Below are positions 1-8,854 of a DNA stretch of 64,000 bases, in pieces. Location: the NCBI GenBank assembly GCA_963820825.1, contig CAWGBN010000003.1, positions 32,001 to 96,000 on the forward strand, in the 5' to 3' direction. The notes beneath the pieces were generated by a model that saw nothing but the letters and a program-made list of their open reading frames with translations, had not been told where the DNA came from and made no database searches. How positions within the stretch are numbered: position 1 is the first letter of the stretch; the number at the start of each line of letters is the position of its first letter. The position numbers and the translations under genes were made by a program. This DNA comes from Vulcanimicrobiota bacterium (lineage in GTDB: Bacteria > Vulcanimicrobiota > Vulcanimicrobiia > Vulcanimicrobiales > Vulcanimicrobiaceae).

Positions 1-13
1 TGAAGCACCGTAA

Positions 14-1030
14 TTGAGAAGCGGTCTACGCGGCAGCCTGGGCATCGCGCTGGCGCTCCTTGCGGCGGTTATCGTCGTCGGAACCTTCGGCTACGTCGAG
101 CTCGAGCATTGGCATTGGTTCGATGCGCTCTACATGACGATCACCACGATCACGACGATCGGCAACGGCGAGCCGCAGCCGATGGACCTTCCGGGAAAGT
201 GGTGGACGATTGCCGTCGTTGCCATCGGGTTCGGCGTGCTGACCTATACCCTGCTCCGGCTGCTCAGCTATATGCTCGAAGGGCGTCTAGGAACCGTAGT
301 CGGCGAGCGGCGAATGCGGCGACGAGTTGCAGGAATGACCGGACACTACATACTTTGCGGATTCGGGCGAGTCGGAGGTGAGATCGCGCAGGTCTTCACC
401 GACGAAGGCATCGACTTCGTCGTCATCGACATCAACCAGGACTCGCTCGCGCGCGCGGCTGCGGCCGGCTTCAGAACGATCACCGGCGACGCTGCCGAGA
501 CCGCGACGCTGCGTGCGGCCGGGGTAGAGCGAGCCCGCGGCCTCGTCGCCGCGGTCGACAGCGACGAGATCAACATCTACGTGACACTCTCCGCGCGCGT
601 GCTCAATCCCAACCTTTTCATCGTGGCGCGGGCGAATCGCGGCGATGCCGAATCGAAGCTTCGCTTGGCCGGCGCGACTCGCATCATTTCGCCGTACCAA
701 ATGGGCGGGCGCCGAATGGCGAGCCTAGCGATGCGCCCCACCGCAGTCGAGTTCGTCGATACCGTGCTCTTCGCCAAGAACAGTCAACTCGTGCTCGAGG
801 ATTTTCGTGTCCCCGCCGGATCGCCGTGGATCGGCGAGCCGGTCTCCGCAATCGCGCCGCAGGGCGACGACGTGATCGTGCTGGCGCTCAAACGCGCGGA
901 GCGAATGCTCTTCCGTCCGCCGCCCGAGACGCGGGTCGAAGAGTCCGACGAGATCGTCGCCGCGGGGCCGCCCAGCGGGATACGCGCGCTCGACGAACGG
1001 CTACGGCTCAGCGCCAAACTCCCTCCGTAG
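14..1030 (+). CDS. Two-TM potassium-channel-like protein with TrkA-N/TrkA-C (RCK) domains
   Basis: Two TM helices around pore loop FDALYMTITTITTIGNG; Rossmann motif ILCGFGRVG; TrkA-C-like C-terminus. Confidence 0.9.
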   Translation: MRSGLRGSLGIALALLAAVIVVGTFGYVELEHWHWFDALYMTITTITTIGNGEPQPMDLPGKWWTIAVVAIGFGVLTYTLLRLLSYMLEGRLGTVVGERRMRRRVAGMTGHYILCGFGRVGGEIAQVFTDEGIDFVVIDINQDSLARAAAAGFRTITGDAAETATLRAAGVERARGLVAAVDSDEINIYVTLSARVLNPNLFIVARANRGDAESKLRLAGATRIISPYQMGGRRMASLAMRPTAVEFVDTVLFAKNSQLVLEDFRVPAGSPWIGEPVSAIAPQGDDVIVLALKRAERMLFRPPPETRVEESDEIVAAGPPSGIRALDERLRLSAKLPP

Positions 1031-1128
1031 CGCAGGGCCGCACGGTACGGGGCGCGTTCCGGTGGGAACCGCCCAGGCCCGGGCGAAGGCTCTTTTCTTC
1101 GAGGCATAGCCGCATTTTGGAGGTTATC

Positions 1129-1611
1129 GTGCGCCGAGTTTTCGCTCGTATTCTCTTAACGGGATCGCTTTTGCTTGCCGTCGCAGCGTGCACTTCGCAC
1201 GGGACTCCGCTTGTGCCGGGCGCCGGGACGGGGAGCGCGTTCACACAAAGCCCGATGCGGAGCGCAGCGATCCCCAAGGTCGGCGGCGTCTACAACGGCA
1301 ACGTGACCGAGAGTTCCCAGGGGCAAAGGATCAAGGCAAAGCTGAAGATTACGCTCAAACAATCCGGCGGCAAATTCACCGGGATCTTCGATATGATTCT
1401 GAAAACGATCCAGGATCAGTTTCCGATCATCAAGGGCACCGTGTCATCGTCGCACGGGAAGACGATTCTGCACTTCGTCATCGAGGGCAGTCCCGGACGC
1501 AATGCCAAGGCTACCGCTACCATCATCGGCAAGTCGCTGAAAGGGAAGGCACGCGTCTCGAAGCGCAACGGCCCCGCAGTCCGCTTCCAGTACTCGGCAA
1601 CCAAAGCGTAG
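1129..1611 (+). CDS. Basic hypothetical lipoprotein
   Basis: GGAGG at 1119-1123 before GTG 1129; signal peptide ending in AVAAC lipobox; beta-rich, Lys-rich body. Confidence 0.7.
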   Translation: MRRVFARILLTGSLLLAVAACTSHGTPLVPGAGTGSAFTQSPMRSAAIPKVGGVYNGNVTESSQGQRIKAKLKITLKQSGGKFTGIFDMILKTIQDQFPIIKGTVSSSHGKTILHFVIEGSPGRNAKATATIIGKSLKGKARVSKRNGPAVRFQYSATKA

Positions 1612-1663
1612 CGCTCCCTATTACCGCACCGCTGCATTAGTTCGGCGCGCGGACTAGTAGCGG

Positions 1664-2671
1664 CTAGTTGCCGAAGGCGGCGCGAACCGATTCTTTGAAC
1701 GACGCCGTCGTGCGGATCACCGCAGTCGGCTCGTAGCCGCAGTGGGCCATGCAGTTTTCGCACGATTCGTGCTTGCCGCGCCCGTACTTCGACCAATCGG
1801 TCTCTTCGAGCAACTCTTTGTACGTGCGCGCGTACCCCTCTTTGCTCATGAGATAGCAGGGCCGCTGCCAACCGAATACGGTGTAGCATGGAATTCCCCA
1901 GGGCGTGCACTCGAAGTCGACCTTCCCTTCGAGAAAGTCGAGGTAAAGCGGGCTGTGGTTGAGGCGCCACTTCTTCCGCTTGCCGCCTTCGAACGCGGCC
2001 TGGAAAATCTCATGCGTGCGCCGCACGCCCAAGAAGTGCTCTTGGTCGGGCGCTTTCTCGTAGGCGTATGCCGGTGAGATCTGCATCATGTCGACCTTCA
2101 GCTCGTCGTTGAGGTAGTCGAGCACCTCGCGGATCGAATCCGGTCCGTCCTGATCGAAGAACGTCGTGTTGGTATAAACGCGGAAACCGCGCGCCTTGGC
2201 CTCCTTGATCGCCTCGATGGCCTTGTCGAAGACGCCTTGGCGGCAGACCGACTGGTCGTGACGGTCGCGCATGCCGTCGAGATGAATCATCCAGACGAAG
2301 TAGATCGACGGTTTGAAGAGATCGATCTTCTTCTTCAGCAGCAGCGCATTGGTGCAGAGAAAGACGAACTTCTTTCGCTTGACGAGCTCCTCGACGATCT
2401 GCGGCATCTGCTCGTGCACGAGCGGCTCGCCGCCCGCGATCGAGATCATCGGCGCCCCGCACTCCTCGACCGCAGCGATGCACTCCTCGACGCTGAGACG
2501 CTGGCGCAGAATCTCGTCGGGATGCTGGATCTTGCCGCAGCCGGCACACGCCAGGTTGCACTGCAGGAGCGGCTCGAGCTCGAGCACGAGCGGATACTTC
2601 GCTTCGCCCTTGAGCTTCTTGCCGGCGACGTACTTCGCAACGGCGAACTTCTGTTGAAGGGGCATCGTCAT
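1664..2671 (-). CDS. hpnH: Adenosyl-hopene transferase, radical SAM
   Basis: LELEPLLQCNLACAGCGKI CxxxCxxC motif; CENCMAHCGYE C-terminal motif; lies after shc. Confidence 0.95.
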   Translation of the reverse strand: MTMPLQQKFAVAKYVAGKKLKGEAKYPLVLELEPLLQCNLACAGCGKIQHPDEILRQRLSVEECIAAVEECGAPMISIAGGEPLVHEQMPQIVEELVKRKKFVFLCTNALLLKKKIDLFKPSIYFVWMIHLDGMRDRHDQSVCRQGVFDKAIEAIKEAKARGFRVYTNTTFFDQDGPDSIREVLDYLNDELKVDMMQISPAYAYEKAPDQEHFLGVRRTHEIFQAAFEGGKRKKWRLNHSPLYLDFLEGKVDFECTPWGIPCYTVFGWQRPCYLMSKEGYARTYKELLEETDWSKYGRGKHESCENCMAHCGYEPTAVIRTTASFKESVRAAFGN

Positions 2672-2711
2672 GACGTCGATTCCTTTAGGGTTCGTAGGCG
2701 TGTCATCCTTG

Positions 2712-2753
2712 TGTCATCCTGAGCGCGAGCGCAGCGAGCAGTCGAAGGGCGAC
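2712..2753 (+). repeat. REP-like short element TGTCATCCTGAGC...GTCGAAGGG, intergenic copy
   Basis: Related copies at 5341-5364, 5659-5682, 12285-12331 and 41002-41023; GTGTCATCCT is duplicated at 2700-2709 and 2711-2720. Confidence 0.7.
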
Positions 2754-2757
2754 GGGG

Positions 2758-5700
2758 TCAGGATGGCACGAGTTGTGAGGGTTCGTGCGGCGCGGATGCG
2801 ACCGGGCTCGCATCGAGCTTCGCGTCCATGGCGAGGGCCATCGTCGGAAAGAGATGGCGATAGAGGTGGTAGTTGATGTAAAAGTCGCGCGGAAAACCGG
2901 TGCCCGTGCATTCGGGCTCGTCCCAGGTTCCGTCGGATTGCTGCCGCTCGCATAGGTAGGTTAGACCCCGCGCCACGGCCGGATGTTGCGCTTGGCCCGC
3001 AAGTTGCAGCGCAAGCACGGCCCAGGCCGTTTGCGACGGCGTGCTCGCGCCGATGCCGGCAAATGACTCGTCTGCATACGAATGACAGCTCTCGCCCCAG
3101 CCGCCGTCGGGATTCTGCACCCCGATCAACCATGCCGTCGCGCGTTCGATCATCTCTGCGCCGGTCCGCAAGGCGGTCAGCGCCGAAATGACGCACCACG
3201 TGCCGTAGATATAGTTCACGCCCCAACGGCCGTACCACGCGCCGTACGGTCTCTGAGTCGCCCGCAGGTACTCCAAGCCGCGCACGACGTAGCGGTTGCG
3301 CGTGTCGTAGCCGAAGGCCGCGAGCATCTCGAGAACGTGGGCGGTGACGTCTTCGGTCGGCGGATCGATCATCGCGCCGAAGTCCGAGAACGGCATGCGA
3401 TAGAGCAGCTCGCGGGTATTGTCGCGATCGAATGCGGCCCAGTTGCCGTCGCGCGACTCCATCGCGAGCGTCCAGCGACGCGCGCGCTCGACCGAGGACG
3501 CAACCCTCTCGCGATCGCCGCCTTCGAGTAGCGCGAGCACCACGATCGTCGTGTCGTCAATGTCGGGATAGGCGTCGTTGTCGAATTCGAAGGCCCAGCC
3601 GTTCCCGCGCTTCTCGCTGCACTTCATACGCCAATCCCCCGGGGCGTCGTCGGGGATCTGCTCGCGAAGAAGCCACTCGACCGCGCGGCGCATCGCCGGA
3701 TGCGACGTATCGAAACCGGCCAGCGCGAGAACGCGCACCGCCCAGGCCGTATCCCAGACCGGCGACATGCAGGCCAAGAATCGCCAGCCTTGCGCGTCGT
3801 CGATGGTAAAGCGCTTCATGCCCTCGATGCCCTTGCGCATAACGGGATGATCGAGCGCGTAGCCCATAAGATCGAGCGCGATCAACGAATAGACCCACGG
3901 CGGTTGAATCCCGCCCCAACTGCCGTCGGCCTCTTGGCGCTCGACGACCCATTGCGCGACGCGATGCTCCGCCTCGTCGCGACGCGGCTGCTTGGGAAGG
4001 CGTTCGTAGAGCTTGAGAAGCTTTTCGGCATAGAGCAGCCAGTGCCGGCGTCCCTTAACGCGCGTCATCTCGCGCTGGGTGCCCGGCGCGACGATCTCGT
4101 TGACGTCCACTCCGAGATCGCGAACCGGTTTTTTCGCAAGCACGATCGTCAGCGGCGCCACCGTGCCGCGTGCCCAGCAGGCGAAATCGTAGAGATTGAA
4201 CGGCATCCACAGCGGAAAGTTGACGATCTCCGGCGGCACCGAGGGGACGCCCGACCACGGATAGACCCCGAAGAGCGCCAGCCAAATCTTGGTGAAGACG
4301 CGCGCGTTGACGACTCCGCCTTGGCCCAAGATTACCGCGAGAGCCTTGCGCATCTCGTCGCGTTCCGAATCGACGCCGAGCACTTTGAGCGCGACGTACG
4401 CCTCGATCGTCGTGCTCAAGTCGGCGGGTCCGTCGTAGTACAACGCCCACGATCCGTCGCTGCGTTGATGGTGCAGAATATGAGCGATCGCACCCGCGCG
4501 AAACTCGTCGAGCGGCAAGCCGAGAAACCGGAAGAGCAGCACGTGCTCCGCCGTCATCGTCACGTTCGTCTCCAGCTCGCCCGACCACCAGCCCTCGGTG
4601 GATTGCTCTTGCAGAAGCCAGCCGACGGCGCGTTTGAGCGTTTGCCTAACCGCACCCCGGTCCACCCTCTCCCGCGAGAACGCTCGTCGCTCCACATCCA
4701 CGTGGAGCTCCTGCTCCGCCACTTTTTCGGCTGAGCACGCTTTGAAGCGGCCCTCCGTGGCCGCGCCGAAAAAGTTGGAGGTCTCGCTTGGAGAGGGTGG
4801 ACCAGGGTGCGTGCGCATAAGCAAATTCGCTGCAACTCTGCCGCTTCGCACGGCCGATTCCATCGTGTCGGGCCAACCGGTCTCGGTCCACGCGCCGGCA
4901 ATGGCGATTGCCGGATGATCGGTGCGTTGGCGCGTACGCGCGGCTCCGAGGCGTGCGAGCCACGTCGCCTCCGGATTCCGCGTTACCGCGCTTCGAGTGA
5001 GCGTCGCTGCCCGTAGCGCGGGCAAGAACGTTTGTGCCTCTTCCCACGCGAGCCGTTCGAGCAATTCGGTCGACATCTGGAGATATCGATCGGCCGCGCT
5101 GATGCTGCAACAGAGATAGCCGGGCGTCTTTTCGAAGATCCATTGCAGCGGCGATTCGAGCGCTGCGGCAAAGTCGAGACCGATGCTGCCGCCGTCGTGC
5201 CAAAGATGAACGTCGACGATCGGATAGGCCTCGTAGGCTTCGAGATTTGCCACGCCGTAGCGCGCGGGGTCGCCCAGGATTCGCGCGACTTGGCGCGGCG
5301 GTACGGCGAGTACGACGGCGTCGAACGCTGCTGCGGGTTCCTCCTTCGACAGGCGCAGGATAACGCCGGATTCGCTCGGCTCGACCCCCACGATCCCGGT
5401 CGACGTGTGGACGGCGTCGAGCTTTGCCGCCGCGGCTTGCGCGAGATGCGCGAGCGGGACCTTCGAGAAGCCGAACCGTGCGGCGCCGGCGTCGCGCAAA
5501 AATGCCGTTTGCAAGACGAAGAGCGCGTCGGAAGCGCTGACACGGTCGAACGGCGCGTTCAGCGCGGGAATGAAGAACGGATCCCAGAACGCGCGGCGCT
5601 CGCCGGCGCCCTGTCCGTTGTGCTGCAGCCATTCTTCAAAGGTCTCCGGTGTGCCGGAGCCCTTCGACGTGCTCAGAGTGACCCGAGCGAGTGCACGCGC

Positions 5701-6084
5701 AATCGAGACTTTTTCGCGGAGCGTAAGAAACGGATATACCGCAAAGGATTCGAGCAAATGCAGCGGCGCGGGAAAGAGGCCTGCCCTCAGCCGGCCGCTG
5801 CGACCGTCGCGCGAAAGAATTCGCGCGTCGAATCGATCTTGCAGGCGCAGCTCGTCACCCATACCGACCCGGCACGCGAAGGAAACGAACTCATCGCAAC
5901 ACGCAAGGAAGACGTGCTGTCCATTGTCTACCTCGACGCCCTCGATCTCAAACGAGGTGGCGCGACCGCCGAGCAGACGGCTACGCTCGAAGAGCTCGAC
6001 GCGAGCACCGGCTTCCTTGAGATGCAGCGCGGCGGCGAGGCCCGCGAGTCCGCCGCCGACGACGGCTACGCGCTCGAAAGCCAC
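2758..6084 (-). CDS. hpnE-shc: Apparent fusion of hydroxysqualene dehydroxylase HpnE (N-terminal) and squalene-hopene cyclase (C-terminal)
   Basis: GTG 6084 then VAVVGGGLAGL FAD motif, DNGQH and WPDTMESAVRSG; no stop before the SHC region (QW repeats, YPDIDDT, GTGFPRDFYINYHLY); possible internal AGGAG/GTG start at 4701. Confidence 0.85.
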   Translation of the reverse strand: MAFERVAVVGGGLAGLAAALHLKEAGARVELFERSRLLGGRATSFEIEGVEVDNGQHVFLACCDEFVSFACRVGMGDELRLQDRFDARILSRDGRSGRLRAGLFPAPLHLLESFAVYPFLTLREKVSIARALARVTLSTSKGSGTPETFEEWLQHNGQGAGERRAFWDPFFIPALNAPFDRVSASDALFVLQTAFLRDAGAARFGFSKVPLAHLAQAAAAKLDAVHTSTGIVGVEPSESGVILRLSKEEPAAAFDAVVLAVPPRQVARILGDPARYGVANLEAYEAYPIVDVHLWHDGGSIGLDFAAALESPLQWIFEKTPGYLCCSISAADRYLQMSTELLERLAWEEAQTFLPALRAATLTRSAVTRNPEATWLARLGAARTRQRTDHPAIAIAGAWTETGWPDTMESAVRSGRVAANLLMRTHPGPPSPSETSNFFGAATEGRFKACSAEKVAEQELHVDVERRAFSRERVDRGAVRQTLKRAVGWLLQEQSTEGWWSGELETNVTMTAEHVLLFRFLGLPLDEFRAGAIAHILHHQRSDGSWALYYDGPADLSTTIEAYVALKVLGVDSERDEMRKALAVILGQGGVVNARVFTKIWLALFGVYPWSGVPSVPPEIVNFPLWMPFNLYDFACWARGTVAPLTIVLAKKPVRDLGVDVNEIVAPGTQREMTRVKGRRHWLLYAEKLLKLYERLPKQPRRDEAEHRVAQWVVERQEADGSWGGIQPPWVYSLIALDLMGYALDHPVMRKGIEGMKRFTIDDAQGWRFLACMSPVWDTAWAVRVLALAGFDTSHPAMRRAVEWLLREQIPDDAPGDWRMKCSEKRGNGWAFEFDNDAYPDIDDTTIVVLALLEGGDRERVASSVERARRWTLAMESRDGNWAAFDRDNTRELLYRMPFSDFGAMIDPPTEDVTAHVLEMLAAFGYDTRNRYVVRGLEYLRATQRPYGAWYGRWGVNYIYGTWCVISALTALRTGAEMIERATAWLIGVQNPDGGWGESCHSYADESFAGIGASTPSQTAWAVLALQLAGQAQHPAVARGLTYLCERQQSDGTWDEPECTGTGFPRDFYINYHLYRHLFPTMALAMDAKLDASPVASAPHEPSQLVPS
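5341..5364 (-). repeat. REP-like copy in frame within hpnE (encodes VILRLSKE)
   Basis: Minus strand reads GTTATCCTGCGCCTGTCGAAGGAG. Confidence 0.55.
5659..5682 (-). repeat. REP-like copy in frame within hpnE (encodes VTLSTSKG)
   Basis: Minus strand reads GTCACTCTGAGCACGTCGAAGGGC. Confidence 0.55.
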
Positions 6085-6959
6085 GACCGCACGACTACTC
6101 GCAATTTCTCCGTCTTGGATAGTGCCGCGCGGGCTCGCAGTGGAAGCGCGGGATCTCGCTCGATCTTCTTCAACAGCTCTTCGTAGATGCCGGCCATCGT
6201 CTGGACGCAGGCCGCCGGACGGCGGGGAATATAGCGCAGCACTTCGTAACCGCTGGCGAAATACGTGCGCGCTCGGGCCACGCTGTGCGCGATCAGCTCG
6301 CTCCACCCGGGATAGATTTGGCCGTTTTCCAGCGCCGATTCGGGAATGCCGAAACGGCGCAGCTCGTCCTGCGGCAAGTAGATCCGGTGCATGTCGACCG
6401 CGTCTTCACGCACGTCGCGCAGGATGTTGGTGAGCTGCAGCGCAAGGCCGAGGTCGTCGGCGCGATCGAGTGCAACGGGATCGGTGAAACCGAAGATCCG
6501 CACGCACATGCGCCCGACCACCGATGCGACGAGCGTGCAGTAGGCGTGCAGTTCCTCGAACGTCTCGTAGCGCGACCGGCTGAAGTCCATCTCGACGCCG
6601 TCGACGAGCGCTTGCAGTTCGCTTTCGGGGATTCCATAACGCTCGACGGCTTCGGCGAGCACCCGCATGATCGGATCGTCACCGTAATCGCCGCGCAGGC
6701 AGCGCGAGATGCGCTCGCGGTGGACGGCGAGGCGTGCCGGCAAGTTTTCGATGCCGACCGTATCGGCCTCGTCGTCGACCTGGCGCGCGAAGTTGTAGAG
6801 GGCGTAGATCGCCATACGCTCGTGGTAGCCGAGCGAAATGAAGCCCCAATAAAAGTTGCCCGCCTCGCGCTTGGCCATCTCGCGATTGAAGCGCTCTGCA
6901 CGATGCCGGTCGGATTCGGGAACGGCGATGCCGCGAAGCGCGCGTTGAAGATTGATCAT
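6066..6959 (-). CDS. hpnD: Presqualene diphosphate synthase (squalene/phytoene synthase family)
   Basis: NFYWGF, ARQVDDEAD and LQLTNILRDVRED motifs; between hpnC and hpnE. Confidence 0.9.
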   Translation of the reverse strand: MINLQRALRGIAVPESDRHRAERFNREMAKREAGNFYWGFISLGYHERMAIYALYNFARQVDDEADTVGIENLPARLAVHRERISRCLRGDYGDDPIMRVLAEAVERYGIPESELQALVDGVEMDFSRSRYETFEELHAYCTLVASVVGRMCVRIFGFTDPVALDRADDLGLALQLTNILRDVREDAVDMHRIYLPQDELRRFGIPESALENGQIYPGWSELIAHSVARARTYFASGYEVLRYIPRRPAACVQTMAGIYEELLKKIERDPALPLRARAALSKTEKLRVVVRSWLSSA

Positions 6960-7805
6960 TTAGGCGGGGCGGCTCGGAGAGAGCGTCTGCATGGCGGCAC
7001 GAAGCACGAGAACGAGTTTCGTAAAGGCCGAAACGCTCGGTCGTTCATGTTCCGTGTTATACCCGCTTGCCTGGATAGCGTCGCATATGGCCAAACCTCC
7101 CATTCGGTAGAGTGCGAGCTGCAGGCGCAGCGGTCGCGGAACGCGCTTCTCGAGGTCGAGGCCCGAGGCGAGCAGGGCGCGAGCCCGCTCCACCATGGCT
7201 TGCGCGGCGCCCGCGATTCCCCTGGCGTCGACATCGCTATCCACAAGATATCTTCGCCCGATCGCCGCGTCGCGGCTGACGTCCTGAGCGTGATTGGCGA
7301 GTTGCAGTCCGATGCACACGTCGTCCGAGAGCCGCTGCGCGTCGGCTTCGGCGACGCCGAAAACCTGCAGCACCATCCTTCCAACCGGTGCCGCGGAGAG
7401 CCGGCAATAACCGATCAGCTCGTCCCAGGAGCGATAGCGCGTCACGTGCTGGTCCATCACGTTTGCCGCGATAAGGTCGAGAAACGGCTGAGCCGGCATT
7501 GCGTGGCGTGCGATCGTCGCCGCCAGCGCGAAGAGCACCGGATGCACCGGCTCGATCCCGGCAAAGAGGGCTTCGACTTCGCTGCGCCAGCGCTCCAAGC
7601 GCGGCAACGCAGTTCCGGCGCGACTCTCGTCGCCGAGGTCGTCGGTCGTGCGGCAGAAGGCGTAGATGCGCGCCAGGTCGCATCGCGTAGCGGCATCGAC
7701 GAATCGCGAGGCGACGCTGAAATTTTCGTAGTGCCGTCCGGTGAGCGTGCGGCAGTACGCGTCGGCCGCCTCAAGGTTCAGGCGTTGACCGTGCGCGGCT
7801 CTCAC
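6960..7805 (-). CDS. hpnC: Hydroxysqualene synthase
   Basis: HYENFSVAS, RTTDDLGDE and LQLANHAQD motifs; GTG 7805 overlaps the idi stop (GTGA). Confidence 0.9.
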   Translation of the reverse strand: MRAAHGQRLNLEAADAYCRTLTGRHYENFSVASRFVDAATRCDLARIYAFCRTTDDLGDESRAGTALPRLERWRSEVEALFAGIEPVHPVLFALAATIARHAMPAQPFLDLIAANVMDQHVTRYRSWDELIGYCRLSAAPVGRMVLQVFGVAEADAQRLSDDVCIGLQLANHAQDVSRDAAIGRRYLVDSDVDARGIAGAAQAMVERARALLASGLDLEKRVPRPLRLQLALYRMGGLAICDAIQASGYNTEHERPSVSAFTKLVLVLRAAMQTLSPSRPA

Positions 7806-8854
7806 TGCCGCGACTCGTCGACGCGGATGAGACGCGCGCCGCGCAGGGCGACCGTCGTTGCGGAGGCGACGCAGAACATCGCGATGCGCAGCGTCTCGAC
7901 GAGCTCGCGGGCGAGATCGTGCGCGGCGCTCGAGCTCTCCGCGGCCGCGCGCAGAAAGGGGCCGGCGACTCCGACGAGGTCTGCGCCGAGGGCCAGCGCT
8001 TTTGCGACGTCGATGCCGTTGCGAATCCCGCCGCTGGCGATCAGCATCTTCGTCGGGGCGAGGCGACGCGCCTCGACGAGTGCCTGCACGGTCGGAGTTC
8101 CCCAGCCCGCGAAGGCCGCGGCAACGCGCGCCCGCCAGGGCTCGGCGATTCGGTAGCGCTCGACCTCGCTCCACGACGTTCCGCCCGCTCCCGCAACGTC
8201 GACGGCGGCAACACCGGCATCGAAGAGCGCGCGCACTTCCGCGGCGTCGATGCCCCAGCCGACTTCTTTGACGACGACCGGAAAGGGCGCGCTCGCGCAG
8301 AGCGCCGCGATCTGTTCGAGCAAGCCGGCAAAGCACGTATCGCCTTCGGGCTGCAATGCCTCTTGCAGCGGATTGAGATGGAGCACGAGCGCGTCGGCGC
8401 GCAGCATTTCGACCAGGCGGCGGCATTCGGCGACGCCATAGCCCTTGTTGAGCTGCACCGCGCCGATGTTGGCAAAGAGCGCGACATCGGGCGCGAGCGA
8501 CCGCACGTCGAAGGTATCGAGCGATTCGGGTGACTCGATGAGCGCGCGTCCCGAACCGAGGCCCATTGCGAATCCGTGCTCCTGCGCGACGCGCGCGAGC
8601 CGGCGGTTGATGCGGCGCGCTTCGGGCGTGCCGCCGGTCATGCAGGATATCAGTAACGGAGCGGCCAGCCGCCGGCCGAAGATCTCGACCGACGAGTCGA
8701 TCTGCGCCAGGTCAATTTCGGGCAGTGCGTGATGCGCGAAGCGATATCCGTCGAACCCCGCATCGACGCCCTTGGCTTCGACGTTGCGTTCGATGTTGAT
8801 ACGTAAATGCTCCGCCTTACGCGACGGCGTCGCGTTATGCCGCTCGTCGTGCAA
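7802..8854 (-). CDS. fni: Type 2 isopentenyl-diphosphate delta-isomerase (FMN-dependent)
   Basis: RKAEH, MTGG, HLNPLQE, KEVGWG and GGTSW motifs. Confidence 0.95.
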   Translation of the reverse strand: MHDERHNATPSRKAEHLRINIERNVEAKGVDAGFDGYRFAHHALPEIDLAQIDSSVEIFGRRLAAPLLISCMTGGTPEARRINRRLARVAQEHGFAMGLGSGRALIESPESLDTFDVRSLAPDVALFANIGAVQLNKGYGVAECRRLVEMLRADALVLHLNPLQEALQPEGDTCFAGLLEQIAALCASAPFPVVVKEVGWGIDAAEVRALFDAGVAAVDVAGAGGTSWSEVERYRIAEPWRARVAAAFAGWGTPTVQALVEARRLAPTKMLIASGGIRNGIDVAKALALGADLVGVAGPFLRAAAESSSAAHDLARELVETLRIAMFCVASATTVALRGARLIRVDESRQ

